A stretch of 64,000 bases of DNA from the NCBI GenBank assembly GCA_050084515.1, contig CM114271.1, positions 16,988,001 through 17,052,000 of the forward strand, written 5' to 3'. Under the pieces are notes generated by a model. It did no database searches and had not been told where the DNA came from. It worked only from the letters and a program-made list of their open reading frames with translations. The stretch is from Blasia pusilla (Eukaryota). Position 1 is the stretch's first letter, and each line of letters starts with the position of its first letter. The translations under genes and the position numbers were made by a program. Shown one piece after another: positions 51,335 to 63,965 of the stretch.

Positions 51335-54300
51335 TGCTTGCTGTTGCAGCCAAAATTAAAACAGTCCCCTCGCTGCAAGCACACACTCCCTCCCCCAACT
51401 TCCAAATGGCAGCGGCCCGGCGGGGCGTGTCTCCGACGAGTATCTTTCCTGTCAGAACGCAGCGGACTTCCGCTTCGAGATACGGTAGCGATTTTCTGAG
51501 GGCATTCGTTCCTACGATCTCCGCGCGTCGCACCCAAAGTCAAACGCCTCGAGGGTGATCGGCCCGAGTCATCTCCCGTCGTGTTCCACGCACTAACGCG
51601 AGTCATTTATGGACTTGTGGAGCGGATTATGAAGACGGGTGGATGATTGAGGCGTCCGCATTGCTGCGAGACCGTAGTTGTGATTCTGCCACCAGGATGG
51701 ATAGCACCTGAGTGGCGGAATGTTTCGGCCGAGGGTCTCGTGGAGTAGGGTATGTTCACCCGGACACCTAGAGCGAGGGAGTTCGCGGTCGGACACCCTC
51801 GTTTAGGGCGCGCGTGCAGCCCTGGTTCGAACTTCGAACCCCACTCCCTTCCTCGCGTCCGGACGGAACGAACGAGCCCGCCGGTGGAAAGATCCATCCG
51901 CTGGGAGGTCCAGCAGGTCACGGCTTAAAGCTTCGGTGTCGGCGTACGATACCACCCACGCTGACAGGGGGCCCGCGATGTCTCTCACTCAGGCACAAGC
52001 CACCGGACAGAACAGCACGACACACTTTTCAGTTCGGCCCCGTACCCGCGCCTTAATGCAAAGGCTGGTTCGTTCCAGGACGCAGTAAAAGAGAAGTGAC
52101 AGCACCCCGAAGCATCTCCTGACTGGAACCGCCTTTCGGCTCCTCTCTGAATCGTCCATATAGCACCCTCTCCGTCCTCCTCATCTCCAGTTGGCAAAGC
52201 CTCCCACTTCCCGATAATAATGTGCGTTCGCTCCCTCTCTCTCTCTCTCTCTCTCCATCGCCGGCGACAGAGCCGCGAAGATCGTGGAGCCGAAGACGAA
52301 GACGAGGGAGAGGCATGACTCTCTCCACGCCGACGACCGAGGCACGAAGATTGTGAAGGTGCCGCAAGCGCCCGGGGACGGAGGGTAGTAGAGACCGACG
52401 ACGATCATCACGAGACGCGACCGCGAGCCTCCGACCCACGTCGATCACGGAGGCGATGAAAAAGCACGAGGAGCTGTAGCAGCAGTGATCGTTGTCGACG
52501 ACGAGGATACTCACGAGACGCGATCGCGTGCTGCGGAGGCACAAATTCGCGATCTCTAAGTGTCCGCAGCACAGAGACTTCTACGACAGCTCCCCGGGGC
52601 CCTCTTCAATCTGTATGTCCGAAGCCATCTGTCACCCCTTTGTCATCTGCCACCTGTACCGGCGCTGCATACTTTTGGCTCATTAAGCGCTCCCTCCCTC
52701 TCCTCTCCTTCCACCACAAACAAAAGCAAACAATCACGGCAACGACACCGCATGCGACGGACATCTATGTCCTTCCCCTGCCAGCTCAGCAGCCTTCATT
52801 CAAGCAGCGCTTCGGGCTCTATTTACGCCGCTAAGTTACTCGGCCTCCTCATAACTGCATTTCGAGCTTCGCTCTCGCGCTCGTTATTTCTTACTTCTTC
52901 ACGTGTAGAGGGAGCAACAAAAATCGAAGCATTAGGGTGGCTCGACGGATTAATAAAGGACAATGAATATCGACAAATTGTTTGCGTCCTAGCTTTCACC
53001 ATGTGCGAGAGCATTAGGGTTGATTGATATGTATGATTGAGTTCTCCAACAAAAGCACGATCAGATAGAAATGGCAATGGTTGTCCTCGCTACGATCTTC
53101 CAAATGGTCAGAGTTAATTAAGACGTGCATTCGTATTTAGTCATCGAACTGGGTCCTCACATTCTCATCTTCTTGTTAGGATTAGGACGCCAAATGTCAA
53201 GTGCTCCAAGAGTCCGACCGCTCGGAAATGAAAGGGGTGGGATTACCTCGACCCACTCCCGAGCCAGCCGCACAAGTCAAAGTGGCATCTTTTGCAAAGA
53301 GGGCGAGATGATTTGATTCGACACATGAAGGCACGTCGGGTGGCAATGTTGGCAAAAACCATCCGAGCGATTTTCTCCGACCCGAGCGCAACAATTATTC
53401 TTACAAAAAAGCAAAGAAACAAGACGTTATCCCCGAATTCGTTCGCCACACGTTTGAGTGCCTCCGACTCTCCATCACTAAACCGTGTGTCCAAACGGAG
53501 AAAGAGACAAAGAAAACAATCCCGAGCACTTAGTGTTCTCTGCCTTTCGCTCGCTCGCTTTATCACCTCACGGTTAGAAACCTCCCTCTAGCACTACAAC
53601 TCATCCCCCCTCCCTTCAAAGCGAAATCCTCTAGGGTTCGCCCAAAATTAGACCAGCACAAGGGGAGAACGCCACACCTTATCATGTGCCGCCTTTCCAA
53701 AAGTCGGGCTTAACTCAAGCTGGCTTTATGAAATTCCGTGAATATTGCAATTCCAATGAGACTCATGAGCCCCTTTCTTTTAAAGAGCTGCGGCCTAACA
53801 TGCAACCACTATTTTCCACTTGCTTCCACCAACCTTGCACGTCTCAAGCTTAGGGAGAAAAAAGGCCGGAGTTAAAAGGGGATGGGGGAACCCTTCCGGG
53901 ATGCAAAGAGTGAGGAACACCCGTAAGGGATTTTTTTATCGCACCACGAGTTAATCGGACACCCTCTCTCTATCCATGTGACTTATCTCGTGAGTTGTAT
54001 TATTATTATTATTGTAAGGTCAAGACTCCGCTTAAAGCTCTGGAGCTTCGGTGAGGAAGTGTGCATACATGCATACACACATCCGACATCCAGGACGGGA
54101 TGGAGGCATAGCGGGGAGGTCCACGTCATGAGGGGATTCCATTGATGACTTGCATTATCTGGGATGTCATGTGATCGCACGCGGGGTTTACACGATTTCC
54201 CGGCGCCCCCGGACCGGCCGGACACTGCAGCACAAACGCTTCCCGTTCCGGACGAACCCCCGGACAAAGGGGCCGACACGTGTTCGCCTCCTCCAAACGA

Positions 54301-57300
54301 CCTCCAGGTTTAGTGGCCGTTCTGCCAGGTCACATCTTCAAACAGTCCTCTCTTTCTTTCTTTCTCTCTCTGGCCGGCCGGCTACCGCGACTTACTTAAT
54401 ACTTACCCCTACCCCTACCGTACTCCTCCTGTCTGTCACATCACATCACATCACATCGGTGCTTGGGCAGCGAGGGGAGGGGAGTCAGGGACTCAGGGGA
54501 GAGGGGGGGCTGGTTCGCTTCACCTTCCGACAGCGACTTAAAGCCTGGATGCGCAGTAGAGGCCGCCGCAATCTTCGTTCTCCGAGAATTTGGGGACCAC
54601 TTGGACTCGCCAAGCGAAGTATTTCGGTACGCCACGGTGTAAATGTCGCTCATGATGGAAGTAATATTTTAATAGGCCGATGCCAAAGCGCTGCTTTGCG
54701 ACGAAGTAACGGACCTGCGTTATGGCCCGCTTCTTTTCCCGCACTGGTAAAGCATACTGCCGGGATTAATCCACCGGCTGCCTGCACTTGTAGATCGTTG
54801 CCGTCATCTGCGTGTCGCTGCGTTATTCGACTCCAGCGACCCTCGCTCCCTGTGCGATACTGCTCCTGCGCCAGAAAATAATAGCCGATCAAGTGCACAG
54901 GCCCTAATCAAAGCTGACGGCTGATTACGCTCGATTACGCTAATACCTTCCCTCGTACGAGTCCTAATCCCTCACAGATTAGCATAATGCGCAATCATTC
55001 TCTGTCAGTCCCCCATGGTATCCTCGCCGTAGACTGTACCGCGCCTTAACGACCGGCTGAGATGTACGGTCCGCGAGCGATCCCGAATCCTCCTGAAGTA
55101 AGTCGCTGTCGCGATACGGATAGTCCGATGTGGACAGCTGTGGGGCGACTCGCTTACATCCCTGTCGCTATTCAGGGCCAAAAGCCAAGCCTTTACCGCA
55201 GAGCGACTGCCGTTACTGAGACTCCGTTCCGACTTGTGCTTTTTTTTTTTTTTTTCGGACAGCACGGAATTTCCGAATATTCTAAATTAAATGGAGATTT
55301 ATTTATTTATTCACGACACATTACGAAGACAGTTGGTACCAACTATTAATCACGTTTCCAAAGGTGCATCCGATGTTTCTAGCCATGTGAATATTTAATT
55401 TCATTAAAGGGGAAGTAAATGGGAAATGAAGCTTCACACGATGTCAACTTGTCCGTGGTAAATATATCGAATGCACGCACTGGGCAGTTTTGCAAATCTT
55501 GGTAAGAAAGAAAGGAAAAAAAAACGAGGCGATTCTTTAATTTTAAATATAAGTATTATTCCAGAAAATTATAATATTATTTCTTTATTTCTGGAATGTT
55601 GAAAGATATAAAGACTTAAGGATAGTCCGACCCTAAAGTCACTGGTTTCCTTACATACCGAAAACTCATTTCAAGTTGAGAGTTAATATATTTAATGATA
55701 TTTTTCTTCGAGGCTCTGTTAGAAATAGTTTCTGAGAAATTCGAACTACAGAGAAAAAATAAAATAAAATTCTGAAGTAATTTATACCCATTCCCTAGTA
55801 TAAAATACATTTTTCTTTCAAATCTGCACTTAATTTATTTTCTAGATATGATAATTTATACGACGTTTGACGTCCTTCATGGCCTTACGGAAAGTGAATT
55901 TAGACATAGACCTTTGCAAGCTAAAGTCCAACCTTAAAGTCACGCATGTCCTTAGACTTTTGAGGATCCAAAAAAAAGTACCAACAAATATTCAACACAT
56001 CAAATGGTTTCCTAATAAAAAAACCATATTTATTGATAAAATTTCAAGCCAAGAACGGTAACAAGACCACGCACTTGTTTTTTACCACAAGGTATAGAAA
56101 GAAGAAGAAATAATGTTTTGTCGTTGGATTCCGCCCCCATGAATCTAAGACATGGAGAGGGTGCTCACGAGAACTGTAAAATGCCATATTTCGATATTTA
56201 GATGGTGGGGAGAGGGTAGAAAGACTAATTCAATTCAAGTGCATGAAAAAACTCGCAATCCAAAAACAAACCCATAAAGTTGCATAAGAAATTCTGGTGG
56301 ATCTCTCACGTTGGTAAAATAATGGTTCTAATATTTAACGTATTGCCCGCCTCCAAGGCCCTAGCCCTATCCCCCTTTAGGTCATGTTAAGTCTTATCCC
56401 TTTTATCTCCTTTAGTTGGTATTTATGATAGCAAAAGGGTGAATGGGAGGGGTCGTGGATTCGATGCATGTTGATGTGAAGCTTTGAAAGTGGAGCTACT
56501 TTTGCAGGAATATGATGCTGAATATATTTGGGATACTCATTCATTCATTCATTCATATATATATATATCCTTTTTTAAGAATATAGTGTTGCTATTGTGT
56601 ATAAGATTCAACTCACAAGATTGGATTGTGAAAAGATGCATTGAAAAACTCCATTGGTGATGGAATAAATGAGTTCTATAGGTGTGACATGGGGAATGCG
56701 TAACCTACTAATATTATTACTATTATTCATACTCATGAAGTGTTTGTTTGCCATATTTTGTTTATTTTTCCAAGAGTATAACATTTAATAAATAAGGAGA
56801 TTTTGTGGAGAGGAAATTTCAAATTCTTGTTTTATATTTAATGGTAGAAAAAGATGTAATTTTCCATATAATTTATATACATATTCATTGATTTTTTTCC
56901 GTTCATTATCATCCTAAAACATAAGTAAAATTTCCAACTTTAATTTTGAAAATTTTTGGACTCACATGCTTTTCTCACTGCTCAATGAAACAATCCCACA
57001 ACTTGTTGAAAGGAAAAGTTCACTCAAAACAAACTCTTACAACCACAGATTTGACACAAGTTATCCAAATTATTCCATGTAATTTCTTTAATTTTCTAGA
57101 CATTATGTCGAATAGCTCTAAAGGTGAGAATTTCCAATCCTACAACTATTCAAAAAAAATCTTCAATCTCTCAACCTTCTTACTTTATTCAAATTAATTC
57201 CTAGTAAGAACATTTGAACAAAAACATGTTTTCTTAGATATTCAAATTCACAATGATAAGTCTCTACAAACAACCAAAGGATTACCAAGTTTTTGATTTT

Positions 57301-58007
57301 TTTACACACACTGTCCACCTTATACTCCCCAATGGTCATTATTTGACCTATTCTTCCCACTAATGTGTCATCTAACTACCTTCAACAAAAGAAATCGCAA
57401 CCAAATGTATGTTGATCAATTTCTATAATATTAGTACAACGATTTATACTTATATTTTTAATAGAATTTTGCTCGATCGTGAGTCTATATATAAATTATG
57501 CCTTTTGATTTCGAATCTCCCGTGATATTATTACTAGAATCATATTTTTTTATAAGTCTACTACATTATTTCTATAGAGCCATCTTAGCATTCACTTCAA
57601 TTCAAGAAAAAATGAGGATAATCTACATTCTCTTTATTATATGCATCATTTCATAATTAGCCAAAGAGAGTGTATGGAATAATTTTTCATTACTTTGATA
57701 TATCATGCTTTCTTCGGGCTTCATGATTATATTCTAATGGTGTCCAAATATGATTTAAAATTAATTAGTAATATTCAGAGAAAAAATTATAAAATATACC
57801 CATGGTTTGGATTATAATATGCATCTTCATAATCGATAATATTATAATAGGTTAATTTTACAAAGCATCCTATAACATCTTACTGGTGTTAACATATCCA
57901 TAAACATAGTGGTGAACTTATATATTCTATATTATTAACACATGATGGAATTACAAGAGGAGTTTCATCGGGATGACACATGTCCTTTTAGGATATATAT
58001 GCAAATG

Positions 58008-58299
58008 CAAGGTTGCATGTGGACAAAGTCCGTGTTTGTGGACGTGGACTTACGTTTTTCCTATGGAGGGACATGTCAATATGGGCCCTATCTCCCCCTT
58101 TTTCTTCCTCCATCCCATTTGCCTCTATATTTCACTTTCCCATTTTGCACTTTCCCCACATCCACTCTCTCCTCCCACCCCCTTTCTTTCCTTCCACCAT
58201 GAGCTAAAAATTGTGGGCCCTACCTCTTGCAATAAATGTCCATACTTGTCTATCCATGTCTTTCCTAGGGACAAACTCGGTTGTTTTTGTGCAACCATA
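58008..58299 (-). mobile_element. hAT-type MITE, copy 4 (reverse orientation)
   Basis: TIRs CAAGGTTGCA / TGCAACCATA; TSD TGCAAATG / TGGAAATG (7/8). Confidence 0.85.
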
Positions 58300-58379
58300 T
58301 GGAAATGACGTGTGTCCATATAAGGAAAAAATTTGAATATCATAAGGGTATAAGGTTGCAAGGAAGTAGACTTGTCCAT

Positions 58380-59164
58380 CCATGGAACAGACATGCTCTG
58401 TTCAAGCGTGAAACACAAGGTTATTAGCAAGATTGATGCTACTAATATTGTCTGCATATATTAAACTATGTCCTAAGTTACTACCACCAATCTCAGCAAA
58501 TAATCAATGAAGCCACACCACCTCACATGATGCATTGGTTGCTCATCTGTATTCAACCTCTCTTAATGATAAAGCAATTGAATGTTTCTTCTTTGAATCC
58601 CAACTTATAACTTCGCTTCCCAAGATAAATGAATAACCAGATGTGGAATTTCTATCAAACACGCTTCCTGCCCAATCAGCACATGTGAATCCCTGTTATT
58701 GTAAAATCAGAGAAGGTTCAAATTGAAGCCCGAATTGAGCAGAGAATTTCACATACAGCATAATCCTCCTTACAACAACAAGGTGAGGTTTTTGATGTGC
58801 TTGCATAAATTGGCTAACTAGGCCAAATGCATAACTCAAGTTTAGCCTTGTTATAGTCAACTAGATCAAACTTCCGACCATGCGTCTATACATATTAGAA
58901 TCTGCAAGCAACTCTCCTTCATCCACTCTTAGCTTCACACTCTAGTCCAACGGTCTAAAGATTGGCTTTTAAATCGTCATACCATATGTAAAAGTATGTG
59001 AAGAGTATATTGTCGTTGTAATAACCATATGCTCTTTCCAACCTTGATAAACTTAACACCAAGGAAATACTTGAGTTCTTCCAAGTCCTTCATATCAAAT
59101 TTTGCATGTAACTTAAGCTTGACTTGTTGTACCATATCCTCATTACTTCTAGTAATCAAGAGGT
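58380..59164 (-). mobile_element. Ty1/copia pol relic (RT C-terminal half + RNase H)
   Basis: Minus strand: LLIT..KFDMKDLEELKYFLGV (ORF 58977), ADWAGSVFDRNSTSGY..ISWDSKKK, DNISSINLANNLVFHA*TEH. Stops and frameshifts. Confidence 0.92.
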
Positions 59165-60530
59165 TGTCACCTCTTTTAGGATAGATCGGTGAGATCTAGT
59201 AGAGCGCCTTTGTGAGTAGTGGAGGACAGGCTCAGTAGGTCGAGAATGACCTGTTGAGGCCCCGAAAAACTTGAGAGAGTAGGTTTCCCCTTCGTTTCGG
59301 CTCATTTGAAGCCATATTGAGGAATTTACTATTTTAGGTAACTACCATTTTGAGTATACGATCGACTTTCTATTTTTGATAAGTGGCCATTGACCTCCTA
59401 CTTCACGTCAAGAGCCAAGCAGGTGACTTAGGAGATTAGGTTACCATGGAGAGAGCTTGGGATAGGGGAGAGAGTTTGAAAGTTCATTCTCTCTTTGTTG
59501 AACCTCTTGGCATGAGGCGGCGGAGCTATGGTCCCTTGCCTTGTGAGTGTAGCCCAAGCCTCTCATTAAGAGAGTGGGTTTGGTTTGACATGAGAGAGAG
59601 TGCACGCCTTTGAGAGCTATGGTGTGAGATGGTGTAGAGAGAGATCGTGCACCAGGTGGTCCTGTTGGGGGACGAGGAGCTGGAGTTGCCCAACACGGTG
59701 GTGGAGCTGCCCCTGGAGGAGGTAGAGTACCACCACCTAGACGCGCCGAGGGAGACGCCGGACGTGAGGCTGGGATGGCTGCTCAGATACAGTAGCTGCA
59801 TGATTAGATTTCCGTTAGAGCATTGAGGTTACCCGATGCCGGATCCGTGGCATCGACATCATATGGAGCAACCAAAGATCTGGAGGATCCTGGTTGGATG
59901 TGCGGGGTTGCCCAGATGGAGGCAACCGCAGTTGTGACGCGTGGAGCAGCTCTCAAAGTTGGATCACAACGAGGGGAAGCCAAGAAACATACTAGGCTTC
60001 CTCAGTCTTTCACGTTGTCCGAGGCGATGAGGACCCCATCGATGGGTGCTGATCAGAGTTCCTGGAGAGTTGGTGATGTTGTTGGTGTGCAGGCACGGAG
60101 GGCGATGGGAGAAGCGAGTACAACGACTCCTATTTTTGATGCTTAGGAGGGGCATGTGTCGAGCACGTTGTTGGGGGCGACCACCGTTGTGTACCGCACT
60201 CCTTTATTTTCTGCTTCCGATGTTATGACGTTTGGGGCTACGCCTGCCGAGGCTTTTCGGCTGGCTGCGTCACTATGTGAGCGCGGATTTGGAGTTCTTG
60301 CATCACGTTCAGAGGTGATTGCAGAGGAGGTGATGGACTTTCCCTTGGAGTGGATGCTCGGGCCGTCCACGTTAGATTCATGGCAGGCTGCGGTTGCTAG
60401 GATGGCGGAGATGCCCACTAGACCCAGGATAGAGCATGCCATGGCTTCTCTTGGTGTTGTGTTGCTGGATAATCGAGGAGTGGTCTTCCAGTTGGTGAAA
60501 CCTGGAGGTAGAGCTTTTAGTCCGTAACAC

Positions 60531-60816
60531 GTCTTGTTGGATTCAAGAGCACGACCCCGTGATGTTGGGGAAAGCGTCATTTAGAGGATTGGGCTTGACG
60601 AGAGCCGATGTGGATTGTTTTCCATTCCGGATACAAACATCCTTGGATGGAGCGAATACCACACAGTATATCACCCGACAAAAGGTCGTGGTGAGGAGTC
60701 TCCTGGGACATCCTAGAGATGGGTCCGTGGTGCGAGCCAAGGCAATAGTGACTGATGCACAGTCCTACGACGTCTTGGTTGGTGGAGTAGTGTTATACCC
60801 AATGGTATTGGACTAG
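60531..60816 (+). pseudogene. Retropepsin-like aspartic protease of the gypsy element
   Basis: VLLDSRARPVMLG (decayed LLDSGA) ... YDVLVG. Confidence 0.75.
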
Positions 60817-61199
60817 GGAGGAGTCAGCGTCCTACAGACCAAGATGGCAATCAGGTGATAGGCGCCTTAGCTCATTACCCGTTCGATTCACAAGTGCAGT
60901 GATCGAGCGACGGCCAGGAGAGGTGGCGACCTTAGGTGCATTTAGTAGTGCCATCACTTAGCCGAGTGATTTGATTGATGGATATGTCCATGCAGATACT
61001 TCCGTTCTTGACATTTAGGGTTTAGGGTGTTATGGTAGCCATCATTCCGTGGAGGAGAGGTGCCATTGTGGGGCTCGATTGAGGAGCTTCGACGATTGGC
61101 AGATAAGTACGTGCAGATTGCGTGGAGCGAGGCGTGTACACCGGAAGGTGACGCGTATGAGGAACCCGAGTTAGCAGGGAGTGCTACGATGACACCCTT

Positions 61200-62170
61200 G
61201 GATACCACTCCCATTGTGTGGTATATCCCGGAGGAGGGTAATCGAGTGTTAGATCTCTTTGGAGGGATTACCACCGGATTAGCTGTTGTTTTGCGGGATG
61301 CGAATGCAGTAGTACTTGTATATGGATAGGGATGATGTTGCGAGGCACGTCTCACTACGACATGTGGCGCAGTTACGCCTACATTTTTCCGACTTATTTT
61401 TGCGTCCACGGTACATGGGTACCAGAGTTCCCTACCGAGGGATATTTTGTTGCTAGGGGCGTAGGACTTAGACCAGTTAGGCACCATTGATTTGGTCATT
61501 GCTGGTTGGCCATGTCAAGGCCAATTGAGTGTTGGACGAGTCAGCGGGTGGCTGACACTCGATCCAGGTTGTTTTGGGAGATGTTGAGGGTCTTATGGCA
61601 GTTGCAGCAGCACTAGTCTCGTTCTGGAGAATGTGCCGATCTAAGGAGACTCCAGATCATGGGTGGTAACAAGTGCTCATCAGGTGCATGCATGGATTGG
61701 CCCAACAGTGTTCTTGGATGCGGCAAGTGTAGGTTCTAGAGCCCATCACCCGCATCTATGGTGGACCAACTTGGTGCCCCATGCGGTGTAACGAAGGGCA
61801 TATGCGAGAGTGGAGTGCCCCTCCCATTTGTTAGTGGATTCCATTCTGGACCCATGTCGTCGATCACAGGAAGTGAGGCACAATGATCGACCACCATTGA
61901 CTGTGCTCAACAAGGTAGGCAAGCCGGGGGCAGCCTTTCCACGTTTATGAGTTTTCCCGCTTCCTATGCATACAAGGAGGCCGGTCCTGGCTTGGTTTGG
62001 GATGAACAAGTTCAAAGGTTGGTGGAGTCCAACGCCGATGAGAGCGAGCGGGCGATGGGATTTCCCATAGGAGTGACGGCAGTACCGTCAGTATCAGAGG
62101 CATCACGACGCCATGTCTTGGGTCAGGCGATGGACTTGAACTGCTTCACATGGATCTTCAGCTTGGGAGT
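61200..62170 (+). pseudogene. C5 DNA cytosine methyltransferase domain (DNMT3/DRM-like motif flavour) inside gypsy pol
   Basis: Motif I VLDLFGGI (61246-61269), IV IDLVIAGWPCQG (61486-61521), VI VLENVP (61621-61638), VIII LDAASVGSRAHHPHLWWTNL (61714-61773), IX ESERAMGFP (62040-62066), X RRHVLGQAMDLN (62106-62141); canonical order; internal stops and frameshifts. Confidence 0.9.
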
Positions 62171-62507
62171 GGCTGAGCAGCGTCGGATGAGATCGCGACA
62201 AATCTTAACGGTTGCGTTGGTGAGCCCCATGCCTACCGAGACGGTGGAGGCAGTGGTTAGGGGCGAGACCCAAGGAGATCGACACACCAGGGGAGATCGA
62301 CAGAGACACCCTTGGACTTCTTGGGTTGTTTTGCAGGTACGCCAGGAGATGATAGCCATGGCATCGAGCGTGGTTCCGAGCACTAAATGTGGAGGAGATC
62401 AGAGTTTGCACTTGGTTGCAGGAGAGCGGTCGAGTGTCGTTGTTTGAGATAGGGTTGCACCATAGCAACCACCGATATCCGCGTGGGAGACTCCTACCGT
62501 AGTCACG

Positions 62508-63965
62508 ATGGAGATTTGGGAGCCAGATATGGGCCCTAAGTTGACAGAAGGAGAGCGGCGCCGAATACATCAGTTCCTCAAGAGTTATAGGAGCTACTTT
62601 GCGTTTAACATGGAGGATTTGGGCAGGCTGAAGGGATCGGGGATCCGCATTGAGTTGTTGAGTGATACGCCGATCTTCCGACGACCCTACAGGTACATTG
62701 ATATGGAGAGGGCTTTGATTCAGAGTAGGAGCCAGGACTTGGTTGGAGCAGGACTAGTGGAGATGTCGCATGGGGAGTATGCATCTGCCACTGTCATGCC
62801 CGCCAAGAAGGATATGCACGGCAACTGGACGGATAGGCGGATGTATGGGGATTACCGACCTATCAATCGGCAGACGAAGTCGGATAGGTATGCCATGCCC
62901 ATCCATGAGGAGATCTTTGATGCGATTGGTCACGTAAAGGTCTTCAGTTCATTGGATTTGCGAGCCGGATACCATCAGCTGCCTATCACATTGGAGGACA
63001 GGCATGAGACGACATTTTGGGGCATCGATCCTCACGGGAAGGATTTTTTTTGTATCGATGGCGGTTCTTACCATTTGGGTTAAAGAATGCCCCCGTTGAG
63101 TTTGAGAGGGTTATGGATAGGATCTTGGCTGGTCTGGATTTTGCTAGGTGTTATATTGATGACATCGTAGTCTTTAGTGTCACGGTTGAGGAGCATGAGC
63201 GACATCTAGAGGAGGTGTTGTGACCATTGCAATTACATGATCTCAAGCTACATCCAGGCAAGTGCAAGTTCTTCTACGACCAGATTGAGTACTTGGGTCA
63301 TACGATATACCCACCAGACGAAGGTAGAGGCTATCTCACGCATTCCACGCCCTACAGATGTGAGCCGTGTTCGCGCATTCATGGGATTGGCGAACTTCTA
63401 TCGGCGGTACGTCAAGGGATTCAGTTCGATTGCAAAGCCGTTGACCTTGCTGACCAAGGTGGATCACGAGTGGCACCGGGGGGATGAGCATGAGCAAGCA
63501 TTTCAATTGCTCAAGGACAGGTTGACGTCTGCGCCCATCTTGAGGAGACCAATCAAGGGGAGTCCTTTCCAGTTGCAAACAGATTGGAGCATGTTGGGGC
63601 TTGGAGCAATGCTCAGCCAACATGATGATGAGGGTAGAGAGTTCGTGGTGGCTTGCGCTAGCCGTTTGAACAACGTTGTAGAGGCAAAGTACAACTCGTA
63701 TAAGGGTGAGTGTTTGGCTTCAGTGTGGGCTCTTGCGCATTTCAGGTGTTACTTGTTCGGCAACCCCTTTACCATCATCATTGATCATCAACCACTGAAG
63801 TGGTTGATGGAGTCCGACAAGCTTACAGGGAAGCTTGCAAGATTGGCTCTGTTGTTGCAGGAGTATGATTTTCAGGTGGTCTATAGACCTGGAACGCTCA
63901 ACGAGGATGCAGATGGGTTGAGTCGTAACCCATGCTTGAGTCAGCGAGAAGCGAATGGAGCTTGA
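62508..63965 (+). pseudogene. Gypsy reverse transcriptase + RNase H
   Basis: RRMYGDYRPIN, FSSLDLRAGYHQL, FLPFGLKNAP, CYIDDIVVFS (YIDD 63152-63163), LQTDWSMLGLGAMLSQ, DHQPLKWL, ADGLSR; frameshifts and stops. Confidence 0.95.

Noticed and set aside
51824-51840. GGTTCGAACTTCGAACC palindrome resembling a Pol III B box
   Set aside because: No A box or tRNA fold; a short isolated palindrome.
54150-54881. 243-aa ORF
   Set aside because: Non-ATG start, spans microsatellites, no recognisable domain.
61014-61027. Two telomeric TTTAGGG units within the gypsy element
   Set aside because: Only two units; too short to call an interstitial telomere.
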